Assembly (NCBI GenBank): GCA_043821445.1
Contig: JBDRCT010000017.1
Location: 5,679-69,678, forward strand
Source: Candidatus Omnitrophota bacterium
Lineage (GTDB): Bacteria > Omnitrophota > Omnitrophia > Omnitrophales > Aquincolibacteriaceae
DNA length: 64,000 nt
Direction: 5' to 3'
In this document: positions 27,253-35,272 of the stretch, piece after piece
How positions within the stretch are numbered: position 1 is the first letter of the stretch
How the letters are laid out: every line of letters begins with the position of its first letter
Notes under the pieces: model-generated
Databases searched by the model: none
What the model was told of the DNA's origin: nothing
Seen by the model: the letters and a program-made list of their open reading frames with translations, nothing else
Made by a program: the position numbers and the translations under genes

Positions 27253-27330
27253 TTGTCTTTCATTTATTTCTAAATGGCTGACAAGGACCTGTCCAATTAA
27301 CCCTTAAGCTTTGAACGAGAATTGGACAGG
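27253..27330 (-). promoter_or_regulatory. candidate tRNA-Ala promoter built from a 43-nt palindrome variant (supplying -35 TTGGAC) and the AT-rich box (supplying -10 TAGAAAT)
   Basis: Minus strand reads TTGGAC, a 17-nt spacer, TTAGAAATAAATG, then caagg, then the tRNA +1. The palindrome cctgtccaatt...aattggacagg is at 27288-27330 and the box is at 27258-27277. Confidence 0.4.
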
Positions 27331-27387
27331 CCCAACAAATTCTAAAACTTAAAATGCTGTGCACCGGAAAGATAAAGCAGGGCGGTA

Positions 27388-28272
27388 TTATACACAATCT
27401 TCGATGATTGTCTTCAAAACATTGAAGGCCTTTTGCTGGTCCCGTTCGTTGAAGAGTTCATGAAAGAAGCCCTCAAAGATCGTCCGTTCCTTGCGGGGAG
27501 CCACGAGACGGTCAAAAAATCTGCGGACCGCGTTGGGGTCCACGATGCGCTCCTCCCCCACCCCAAGCAAGTGGACCGGGAACGGCACCGAAAGGATCGG
27601 CTGTTTTCGCAAGATTTCTGTGCGCCGCTCGAACTCCTCGACCAACTGCGCGGAGATATGGCGAAGGATCAGAGGATCTTTCCGGTAGACGGCGACCTCG
27701 GCCGGGTCATGGCTCAGAGCTCTCGCCTGGACTGGATCCCTGTAAACGATGCCCGGCGCGAAAAAAAGCACCAGACGGTTCAGCGGCCGGATGACCCTCG
27801 AAAATCGAATTCCCAGTAACGGAACGGAAAGGATCAGGAGTTTCACAGGTTCCGGATTTTTCATGGCCCAGTGGATCGCAACGAGACCCCCGAGGCTGTG
27901 CCCGAGCAATATGAATTTTGGGGGGATCGAATGCTTCTTTCGAAGGTGCTCGATAAAGGCCGTGATATCCCCGAGATAGTCTGCAAAAGAACCGACATCC
28001 CCGCGCCTGCCTTCCGACCGGCCCATTCCGCGGAAATCCATCATCGCGAACTGCGCGGAAAGGCGTCCCATTTTGCCGGGGAATTTTTCATAACGTCCCG
28101 AATGCTCTCCGTAACCATGAAGCATGATCACCGTATGCCGCGCCCCGGGTGCCGGATAAAAACAGTAGAAGATCTTCGTTCCATCCCGGCCCTTAAAATG
28201 ACCTTGGATCCATCCCGTGAGAGGCTTAACCAATCCATGGGCCGGGTTGGCGCTGGAATTATCGGGCGACAT
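27388..28272 (-). CDS. alpha/beta hydrolase (lysophospholipase / monoacylglycerol-lipase family)
   Basis: HGYGEHSGRY and the nucleophile elbow GHSLGG. 294 aa. Confidence 0.75.
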   Translation of the reverse strand: MSPDNSSANPAHGLVKPLTGWIQGHFKGRDGTKIFYCFYPAPGARHTVIMLHGYGEHSGRYEKFPGKMGRLSAQFAMMDFRGMGRSEGRRGDVGSFADYLGDITAFIEHLRKKHSIPPKFILLGHSLGGLVAIHWAMKNPEPVKLLILSVPLLGIRFSRVIRPLNRLVLFFAPGIVYRDPVQARALSHDPAEVAVYRKDPLILRHISAQLVEEFERRTEILRKQPILSVPFPVHLLGVGEERIVDPNAVRRFFDRLVAPRKERTIFEGFFHELFNERDQQKAFNVLKTIIEDCV

Positions 28273-28411
28273 CGTATTGATTTTCCCATTTAAAATTTTT
28301 ATGAGACTCTAACGGGGTCCAGGCAGAGGTCATAGCGAGCAAGCCATCAAATCGTTTTCTTCGACGCAATCGGGAGGCGATCCTGAACGCTTCTGGGCCA
28401 TGGGCCTTTTC

Positions 28412-29164
28412 TCAGGAAGCAACGGTCTTTACTTTGTCGACGGTCTTGGAAACCGTCCGAGTCTTTATTTTCTTTTCATCCATGGCGACTTGGACGGCCC
28501 CAATCTCAGCTCCGCTTCGATTGATTGGTATTGGGACCGCACCGGCAGGCATTTCTTTCAGGTCATCGATCGCTTGAGCATTACGCTGGGTCTCTTCATG
28601 AATAATACGCAGTTTTTCTTGCGCCAAGAGCGCCGTCTTCGCGGAGGCTTTCTGTCCGTTCGCCTGTTTCTGTGAGGCTTCCAGTTCGTTCAAGATCTTT
28701 TGATGGATGCGCGCCTGTTCCTGAACCCGTTGAAGCTGCATCGTGCGCCCGTTTTGCAGATTCTTGATCTTTTTATTCAGATCGAGTATTTTCTGGATCT
28801 CTTGACGAATCTGAGCCACCGAAGCGCGCGGCACCGGCGGAGGGGGAACATATCCCGGTTTGAGGGGCACGGCATTCGCAGTTTGAACCGGGGATTTTCC
28901 AGCCGAAACTTGCTTGGTAGCCGTCCTGGTACCGGCCGCATTTTTGGCCTTTTCCATCATCAATTCTTTGCCGGTTTTGCGTCCAAAGAATTGAACGATC
29001 CGGTCTCCAACGGCCTGGGGAGTCGCTACCGAAGATAAGGAGCTTTGTGCCTTGGGCCCTTTGGGAACCGGGGAAGATCGGTTGGGGTCAACGGAATTTT
29101 TGGGAGCCGAAGCACCCAGTTGGAGCAGGAACAGCACTGCGAACCCAAAGCTTATCTTACGCAT
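28412..29164 (-). CDS. secreted coiled-coil protein with a Pro-rich segment
   Basis: Signal peptide MRKISFGFAVLFLLQLGASA, a Q/K/E-rich helical region and a PPPPVP tract. The last about 40 codons run through a palindromic repeat copy. Confidence 0.55.
   Translation of the reverse strand: MRKISFGFAVLFLLQLGASAPKNSVDPNRSSPVPKGPKAQSSLSSVATPQAVGDRIVQFFGRKTGKELMMEKAKNAAGTRTATKQVSAGKSPVQTANAVPLKPGYVPPPPVPRASVAQIRQEIQKILDLNKKIKNLQNGRTMQLQRVQEQARIHQKILNELEASQKQANGQKASAKTALLAQEKLRIIHEETQRNAQAIDDLKEMPAGAVPIPINRSGAEIGAVQVAMDEKKIKTRTVSKTVDKVKTVAS
28496..28537 (-). repeat. palindromic element (reverse orientation) embedded in the 3-prime end of the secreted-protein ORF
   Basis: Minus strand reads gtcccaataccaatcaatcgaagcggagctgagattggggcc. 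Confidence 0.65.
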
Positions 29165-29409
29165 AGCACCCTTCCTTGTTTACAAAAACCCCGGATCGGT
29201 TCATCACCCTTTTGATCGCGCTATTATAGCTTAGAGCATTATCGAAAAAATCTATTATTTCTTGAGAAGGGATCCGGGATCATATCTGTTCGAAGATCAG
29301 CGTGCCGCCCTGGCCGCAGCCCATGCTGCCTGCGGCGTCCGGACCACACCCGTGATGACGATCTTTTTCATTCGGAAATTCCCTGTTGCCATGATAAGGT
29401 CTCTGAGGC

Positions 29410-31443
29410 CTATTCTAGCAACAGCTGGCGTATATCCGCCAGCTGTTCGCGGGCCTTTTTGATACCTTCATCGATGAACTTTTGTGCAGAAAAAAATTCG
29501 ATCCAGTGAGCGTCGGGGACGCATGCGTGGATGAAAATATCGGCCTCGCTTCCTTCCATGCGGGCGATCTCGAATTCGGTGAACTGGATAGAATTCATCA
29601 TGACGTTAAAGATATTGGCCGTGTAGCGCCGCTGGAGGCGATCCAGGCTCTTCATGACGATCCTCTGCCAATAGCCCCGATGTTGAAACCTCTGGTGAAA
29701 GGTCTTACGCCGCAGTTCATTGCGCTCGATCAAGTCTTTGGGAGACGGCAAGACATTGACCGCGATGCTCTTGCGGACGCCCATATTGGAAAGGATCTTG
29801 ACCGGAAGCGGGTCCACGATCCCGCCATCCATGAGATAACTTCCCTTGTAAGGGTAAGGACGCAAGAAACCCGGGATCGAGATCGATGCGCGAACCGCGT
29901 TAAGCACGCTCCCGGAGTCCAACACCACCTCCTCCGAGGTTAAAAGGTCCGTGGCCACTATCTTGACCGGGATCTTGAGATCCAAAAATGTCATATCTTT
30001 CAAATACGCGGAAAGAAACTGAGTGATCTGATTCCCTTTGAAAAATCCGCGATGGATCGCCGAAATGTCCCGAAGACCCAGCAGCCTGAAGAATGCATTC
30101 TTCTTGTCCAGGGATTTGGCGATCTTCCCGATCTCATGGGAGTCATATCCTGCGGCCCAAAGCGTACCGATAAGAGCCCCGATACTGGAACCCGCCAGCA
30201 CATCCACGGGGATCTTCTCCTCCTCCAGGACCCGGAGCACCCCAATGTGTGCCAGACCATACGCGGCACCGCTGCCCAGCACCAATCCCACCAATCGCTC
30301 CGACCATTCCTTGGCCAGAAAGGTTATCGTTTTTTCGTACTGATACCGTTGGTATTGAAGCGAAGGAAGCATGGAAAAAAGCTGTATCTCCGAAGCCGCG
30401 GACGGACCGCTCTCCGAAAAAGCCTTCCCCTCCTGGGAGGGCATGATGATCTTGATCTCGTTCTTGCTGAACCCAAAATCCTGACAGAGCTCCCCTGCTT
30501 TTTTTGAAGCGAATGTGAAGACATCTGTTCTCTTTTCGGCCCAGAGATAAACACGGTCTGAATAATTGAGGGCTTTGATGGCGACGGGGGTGTTACGATC
30601 CGGGAGACAGAGCACGAGATAGTCATAACGATAGGTCAAATAGGTCAGAAGCGTCGTGAATTTCTTTTCATCTTCGTCCAGGGCCGCATTAACCGTAAAC
30701 GGCAGAAGATCAAAGCTGGTTTCATGGACCAGAATAGACTTTTGGATCGATGGTTCATGGGATGGGTCCATCGTTTTAAGATCGAACCCGGAAGCATCTC
30801 CCCGGCGAAACTCGGCCGGAAGAAGACTCTTCAATTTCCCCGAGAGGTCCAAAAGCAATACCTTGCTTTGGGTCTCACGCCGTAGGGTCTTGATGAAATC
30901 CACAAGGAAGCACGCCATCCCCTCCGTCGAAGCCGCGAAATAAAAAGCCGCAATGCGGACCTCACGTCGGTGATGACTGTACCCCAGATCTTCGCGGGTC
31001 AGGTGCCTCCCGAGAGAGCGGCTCAGATGCAGCGCCAGGGCCGGGATCTCTTTGAGAAGTTGCTGAAAACTTTCAGCGCTGATCTTGAGCGCCATGGCAT
31101 CGGTTTTGGCCTCCACCGACGCGCTATGTACGCTGCCGGTCAAAAGAGAGGTCTCCCCGAAATGTTCGCCGCGATAAAAGAAGAGGAGCGTGGATTCCTT
31201 TTCCGGACCACGGGCACGGGTAAAAAGACGGAAGCGTCCGGAAATAATGATATAAAAGGCGTCCGGTGTCGTCCCCTCTTCGTAGACAATGTCGCCCCGC
31301 TTAAACCCCACCAACCGGGAATGCTGCTCGATCAGGGCCTGCCCTTCCGGCGCCAGGGACGAAAAAAGAGAGCTCGGTTCCGACAGGTACCCCTCTTTTA
31401 CTTCGGGCTTGGCCTTTTTCCAAAAAGAGAAAAGATTCATCAT
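29410..31443 (-). CDS. cyclic-nucleotide-binding domain fused to a patatin-like phospholipase
   Basis: The N-terminal CAP-type cNMP domain contains FYIIISGRF...GEHFGETSLL. The patatin motifs are GSGAAYG (oxyanion), AGSSIGA (GxSxG) and DGGIVD (catalytic Asp). Confidence 0.8.
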   Translation of the reverse strand: MMNLFSFWKKAKPEVKEGYLSEPSSLFSSLAPEGQALIEQHSRLVGFKRGDIVYEEGTTPDAFYIIISGRFRLFTRARGPEKESTLLFFYRGEHFGETSLLTGSVHSASVEAKTDAMALKISAESFQQLLKEIPALALHLSRSLGRHLTREDLGYSHHRREVRIAAFYFAASTEGMACFLVDFIKTLRRETQSKVLLLDLSGKLKSLLPAEFRRGDASGFDLKTMDPSHEPSIQKSILVHETSFDLLPFTVNAALDEDEKKFTTLLTYLTYRYDYLVLCLPDRNTPVAIKALNYSDRVYLWAEKRTDVFTFASKKAGELCQDFGFSKNEIKIIMPSQEGKAFSESGPSAASEIQLFSMLPSLQYQRYQYEKTITFLAKEWSERLVGLVLGSGAAYGLAHIGVLRVLEEEKIPVDVLAGSSIGALIGTLWAAGYDSHEIGKIAKSLDKKNAFFRLLGLRDISAIHRGFFKGNQITQFLSAYLKDMTFLDLKIPVKIVATDLLTSEEVVLDSGSVLNAVRASISIPGFLRPYPYKGSYLMDGGIVDPLPVKILSNMGVRKSIAVNVLPSPKDLIERNELRRKTFHQRFQHRGYWQRIVMKSLDRLQRRYTANIFNVMMNSIQFTEFEIARMEGSEADIFIHACVPDAHWIEFFSAQKFIDEGIKKAREQLADIRQLLLE

Positions 31444-31479
31444 GGGGGATTATCGGCAGGAAATCCTATTCACCTTATA

Positions 31480-31520
31480 GTCCCAATACCTATCAATTTC
31501 AGCTTTGCGGAAATTGGGGC
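31480..31520 (+). repeat. 41-nt palindromic element, immediately upstream of the patatin gene
   Basis: gtcccaatacctatcaatttcagctttgcggaaattggggc. Confidence 0.65.
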
Positions 31521-31557
31521 AATCCTTGTCGACCCTTTAAGAAATTAAATCTCAGGC

Positions 31558-31591
31558 GAGAAAAACAATAAGGGGCGCCGGAGGCGCCCCT
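31558..31591 (-). terminator. rho-independent terminator downstream of the PilZ gene
   Basis: Stem ggggcgcc-ggag-ggcgcccc (31572-31591), followed on the minus strand by TTATTGTTTTT. Confidence 0.55.
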
Positions 31592-31671
31592 TTAAACTGA
31601 AGAAGTTAAAATGTGATATTTCAAAAAAAACGAGAAACCGTCAAGGATTCACGGTCGGCAGGTCCTGGTCT

Positions 31672-32061
31672 CTACCACTCCTGAACGCCTTCCGGGTCCG
31701 CGTAATCGTTGACCTTAGTCTCAAGCCAATGGTTGTACGCATAATCCAGTACGCGGAATTTATCGACCGGATCCATGTTCAGTAACCGAACCCCCTGATC
31801 ATAGCCCTGGTCCGTTCCCGCAGAAGGCTTCGACCACATGACCAAACCAGAGCTGAAAATAGGCTTCGGATCATCAGGGATCGTGATCTCCAGATCCAAC
31901 GGAGTCCCGTCCGGAAGCGACTTGTCTGAATTGATCTTCAATCCTTCGCGGCAAAGGTCCCTGCTCAACGCGATCCCTTTAACGGACGTCGCCTCGGTTC
32001 CGGTGAACTTCACGCTCATATATGCGTCAAAGCGCTTAAATTTGCGCTTATCTTTTTCCAT
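31672..32061 (-). CDS. PilZ-domain protein
   Basis: RKFKR (RxxxR) followed by DLCREGL (DxSxxG-like). 129 aa. Confidence 0.6.
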   Translation of the reverse strand: MEKDKRKFKRFDAYMSVKFTGTEATSVKGIALSRDLCREGLKINSDKSLPDGTPLDLEITIPDDPKPIFSSGLVMWSKPSAGTDQGYDQGVRLLNMDPVDKFRVLDYAYNHWLETKVNDYADPEGVQEW

Positions 32062-32324
32062 CGCTTCCTCCTTTACTTTTCTCGTATCGTAATGACCGGA
32101 AAAAGCCTGACTTTCCGTTGGTTATATATCGACTTCTTCACGCATTAAATTAATTAAAAACACCTCACACAAGGAGAAAAGTAACACATGAGTTTGGATT
32201 TATCAAGAGGATGATGCGATTTTTTTGAGAAGAGAACCGCCCTTGGAGTCCTTAGGGTCCCTGCGCCAACAAGATTGCTGGAAAGAAGGGCTGAAAATAG
32301 CGCAACCCATTGTAAACAAATGGG

Positions 32325-32828
32325 TTATCGAAAATTCACAAACTGGACAGGCAGAGTCAGAGGTGCGGTCCGAAGATGCTGGATCACGAACTGAAGATCG
32401 TCTTTATTTTTGGAAGAGACCCGGATCTCGTCCCCCTGAATAGCAGCCTGGACTTTCACAGGAAGATCCTTGATGATCTTCACGATCTCCTTGGCCTTCT
32501 CTTGGGGGATCCCCTGGGTGAGGGTCACTTCCTGCCGAAGACAACCGTCAAAGGCCTTCTCCGGAGTTTTAAAATCGAGGGCCTTCTGAGAAATTTTCCT
32601 GCTGGCCATCCTCATTTTGAGAATGTCCTGGAGATTCCGTAATTTCATATCATCATCCGCAATGAGGCGGATCTTTTTTTCTTTTTCATCCTTGAGAAAT
32701 TCCACGGAGCTTTTACTGCCCTTGAAATCAAAACGGGTCTGGAGCTCTTTCTTTGCCTGATTAACGGCATTGTCGATCTCCTGAAGATCGATCTGAGATA
32801 CGATGTCGAAAGAGGATAGTTGGGCCAT
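32325..32828 (-). CDS. yajQ: YajQ-family (UPF0234) nucleotide-binding protein
   Basis: SFDIVSQIDLQEIDNAV...QAAIQGDEIRVSSKNKDDLQ...PVQFVNFR is collinear with E. coli YajQ. Confidence 0.8.
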   Translation of the reverse strand: MAQLSSFDIVSQIDLQEIDNAVNQAKKELQTRFDFKGSKSSVEFLKDEKEKKIRLIADDDMKLRNLQDILKMRMASRKISQKALDFKTPEKAFDGCLRQEVTLTQGIPQEKAKEIVKIIKDLPVKVQAAIQGDEIRVSSKNKDDLQFVIQHLRTAPLTLPVQFVNFR

Positions 32829-32843
32829 CGAGCGAAAAACCGG

Positions 32844-33212
32844 CTAAGAGCTCTTGGAAGGCGGAGTGATGAAGGCTTTCAAGCGCTTACGGGAGAACTC
32901 ATCCAAGTCCAGGAATTCAAAACCTGTGTCAAAATTCTTTTTGGCAGACTTCCGGTCCTGGCTCGGGATCACCCACACGCTGCGCCCTGTACACTGGATA
33001 GGAGGTTCGCCATCCTTAAGTTCCAGACTGATCTTGCAACGACCGAACCGCTCCAAAGGCTCCGGGAGCATGACCGAAACACCTCCCATCCCGACATCTT
33101 CAGTGCTTGCGGTATAGGCCTTTTGCTTGCCCACCGGTTGGATCGCCACCTCACAGGTCAGATGAAGTCTTGTAAACTTCCGTTTATTAAAACCATCCCA
33201 GAGAGAGTTCAT
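32844..33212 (-). CDS. PilZ-domain protein
   Basis: KRKFTRL (RxxxR) and DVGMGGVSV (DxSxGG). 122 aa. Confidence 0.65.
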   Translation of the reverse strand: MNSLWDGFNKRKFTRLHLTCEVAIQPVGKQKAYTASTEDVGMGGVSVMLPEPLERFGRCKISLELKDGEPPIQCTGRSVWVIPSQDRKSAKKNFDTGFEFLDLDEFSRKRLKAFITPPSKSS

Positions 33213-34177
33213 GACCGGTTCAATCTCACAAAGGCGTCCTGAAAGGGACGAGCGACTTCCTTAGCGCGGAATTTCAAGAGTTGAGCCTGGGCTTCAGCCT
33301 CAGTGCGGAACCCTCCGAGAAAAACCTGGAAATAAACCCGTCCGCTAGGTCTTGTATTCTCTTTGACAAAAGCACGAAAACCCTCACGCTTAAAAGTTTC
33401 CGCGACCTGATCCGCATCCTGCTTGGTCGGATAGGTCACGACCTGGATCACGTAAGATCCGCTCACCGGCACCGAAGTCGCTGCGCCGCCTTCAGACACA
33501 CGCGGCGTTTGGGGGGGCCTGGGAGGAACCGGAGTGATCACCACGGGACGCTCGACCGCGGGTTTAGAAACAACCACTGGTGCAGCGGTTGGGGTCTTTG
33601 CCGGAACCTCGCCGGGGATCTTGTATCGAACGCGCATCGCTTCCTCCCGCTGAGAATTGAGCGCGTTCACTCCCCAGAAAAGAAGAGAAACAACAAGCAC
33701 TGCCGTTCCCCAATAAAAAAAACGGCGGATGGCCACTTGCTCGGGGTCTAAGAAAAATTTAAATAACTTATCCGTCTTTTCAAAAAATCCGTCCGTGAGA
33801 TCCGAAAACGAGATGCGTTTCTTTCCCGGGGAACGATGGTAGCGAAAACGAGTATGGGAATCCGAACTGGATGGTATCGAGGCAAAAGAAGCTGGCCCTT
33901 TTTCAAAATCGCTAGGCGAGACATGGCGCGGTAAAAAGCTCGGTCCGGACAATACATCTTTTTGCGCACTAAAAAGATCGCGAGCTGCATCTTTCTCCAG
34001 GGAAGATTCTTTCGAGGTTAGTGGTATCGAAGCGGGAGTCTTGAAATCCTCCCGTTCTCCGATCACAACATGCGTCGTCCCTTCGGAAAACTCGCCATAA
34101 AGTTTTTTTTGGATCTCGGATTCCGAGAGTACCGATGATGACGATTCGGTGCTTTTCTTCCTGCCAAAAAATCCCAT
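33209..34177 (-). CDS. membrane protein with a C-terminal SPOR (peptidoglycan-binding) domain
   Basis: Single TM (FFYWGTAVLVVSLLFWGV), a Pro-rich linker and a SPOR-like C-terminus (YVIQVVTYPTKQDADQ...GRVYFQVFLGGFRTEAEAQ). Confidence 0.65.
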   Translation of the reverse strand: MGFFGRKKSTESSSSVLSESEIQKKLYGEFSEGTTHVVIGEREDFKTPASIPLTSKESSLEKDAARDLFSAQKDVLSGPSFLPRHVSPSDFEKGPASFASIPSSSDSHTRFRYHRSPGKKRISFSDLTDGFFEKTDKLFKFFLDPEQVAIRRFFYWGTAVLVVSLLFWGVNALNSQREEAMRVRYKIPGEVPAKTPTAAPVVVSKPAVERPVVITPVPPRPPQTPRVSEGGAATSVPVSGSYVIQVVTYPTKQDADQVAETFKREGFRAFVKENTRPSGRVYFQVFLGGFRTEAEAQAQLLKFRAKEVARPFQDAFVRLNRS

Positions 34178-34178
34178 G

Positions 34179-34676
34179 CTAAGCTCTCCTTTTCACAGCG
34201 TGGACATCTTCGCGAAGACACAATGACAATTTGATGAGCTCGATGGGCCCCAGGACAATATGGGCGCGCTGAATAAAACCGTTCTTGCGGCAAAGATCGA
34301 TCGCCCCCGACATTTTGGAAGTGGTCTTGAAAAAAACCTCCTCGTAACCCGCTTCGCGACAAAAATCCAGCGCACGATCGATCAGCCGCATACCGATCCT
34401 TAGCTTACGATGCGTTGGCGCAACAAATAAACGGCGCAGCAACGCGACCCGGCTGTCTTCCTTCTTGATCGCGACGGTTCCGATCACCTTGTGTGATTTC
34501 TCGTCTACCGCCACAAAAAACGCCTCACCGATCCCACCGTAGGCTTTCTCAATGCATTCAACATCCTCGATCGGATAGGTATGCTTGGCGTCATGGAACT
34601 CGCGGTCCATGACGCTAGAGATGAGATCCACCACCGCGGCATCATCATCTTTCATGGACCTTCGGATCGTGATCAT
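34179..34676 (-). CDS. GNAT-family N-acetyltransferase
   Basis: 165 aa. VIGTVAIKK...RRLFVAPTHRKLRIGMRLIDRALDF is an acetyl-CoA-binding-type motif. Confidence 0.7.
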   Translation of the reverse strand: MITIRRSMKDDDAAVVDLISSVMDREFHDAKHTYPIEDVECIEKAYGGIGEAFFVAVDEKSHKVIGTVAIKKEDSRVALLRRLFVAPTHRKLRIGMRLIDRALDFCREAGYEEVFFKTTSKMSGAIDLCRKNGFIQRAHIVLGPIELIKLSLCLREDVHAVKRRA

Positions 34677-34697
34677 AAAGGATTCCGTTTGCCTCCG

Positions 34698-35030
34698 TTA
34701 AGCTTTTTTGGCATCGCCGGCCGGTTTTACAGCGGCCTTCCCTGCGGCCGGTTTTGCAGCACCCGCAGGCGCAACGGCGCCAGGGGCTGCAGTTCCCTCA
34801 GCGGTTTCTGCCTTCGCCTCTTTGACCTTCCTCATCTTGATCTTAAGGGACCTTACTTTGGGTAGATTGTAAGCCGTTCCGCGGTCACTCCATTTGCCCA
34901 TTTCTTGGAGTTTCTTAACGCGTTCAAGACGCTTAAAAACATTTCGGTGTTTGGCTCCGACGCTGTCAGAACGCAGACTGGGATGTTGCGACATAAGACA
35001 CTGGACTCCTTTATTTGTGAATTGGATCAT
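34698..35030 (-). CDS. conserved small basic protein with an Ala/Lys/Pro-rich tail
   Basis: 110 aa. MSQHPSLRSDSVGAKHRNVFKRLERVKKLQE... then a low-complexity AKPAAGKAAVKPAG tail. Confidence 0.5.
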   Translation of the reverse strand: MIQFTNKGVQCLMSQHPSLRSDSVGAKHRNVFKRLERVKKLQEMGKWSDRGTAYNLPKVRSLKIKMRKVKEAKAETAEGTAAPGAVAPAGAAKPAAGKAAVKPAGDAKKA

Positions 35031-35088
35031 TCCGAACAGTTATTCTGCTGGAGGGGCGTATTATACCGATGCGGACGGAAAATGGCTA

Positions 35089-35129
35089 GTCCCAATTCTT
35101 ATCAATTTCAGAGTATCTGAAATTGGGGC
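35089..35129 (+). repeat. 41-nt palindromic element (tandem copy a)
   Basis: gtcccaattcttatcaatttcagagtatctgaaattggggc. Confidence 0.65.
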
Positions 35130-35130
35130 A

Positions 35131-35171
35131 GTCCCAATTCCAATCAATCGAAACGAAGTGGAGATTGGGGC
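35131..35171 (+). repeat. 41-nt palindromic element (tandem copy b)
   Basis: gtcccaattccaatcaatcgaaacgaagtggagattggggc. It is followed by the hairpin atccttgcc...ggcaaggat, whose loop agccattttggaaaa is shared with 26950-26975. Confidence 0.65.
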
Positions 35172-35272
35172 AATCCTTGCCAGCCATTTTGGAAAATAAT
35201 CCGAGGCAAGGATAGCTGAAAAATTAGGGGGAATCTTATTTGGAAGCTGTCAAAAACACGAACTTGGCGCGA

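Noticed and set aside
29421-29450. Perfect 11-bp palindrome aacagctggcg-tatatc-cgccagctgtt at the 3-prime end of the patatin CDS, as a possible terminator or protein-binding site
   Set aside because: It lies inside the coding sequence (QLADIRQLL), no T-tract follows on either strand, and the real terminator-like hairpins are elsewhere. It is probably a coincidental coding palindrome.
26563-35171. CRISPR array interpretation of the repeated elements
   Set aside because: Only two identical 88-bp units are present, with a 292-bp period and no regular short spacers. The other copies are dispersed kilobases apart in both orientations. No cas genes are present in the window.
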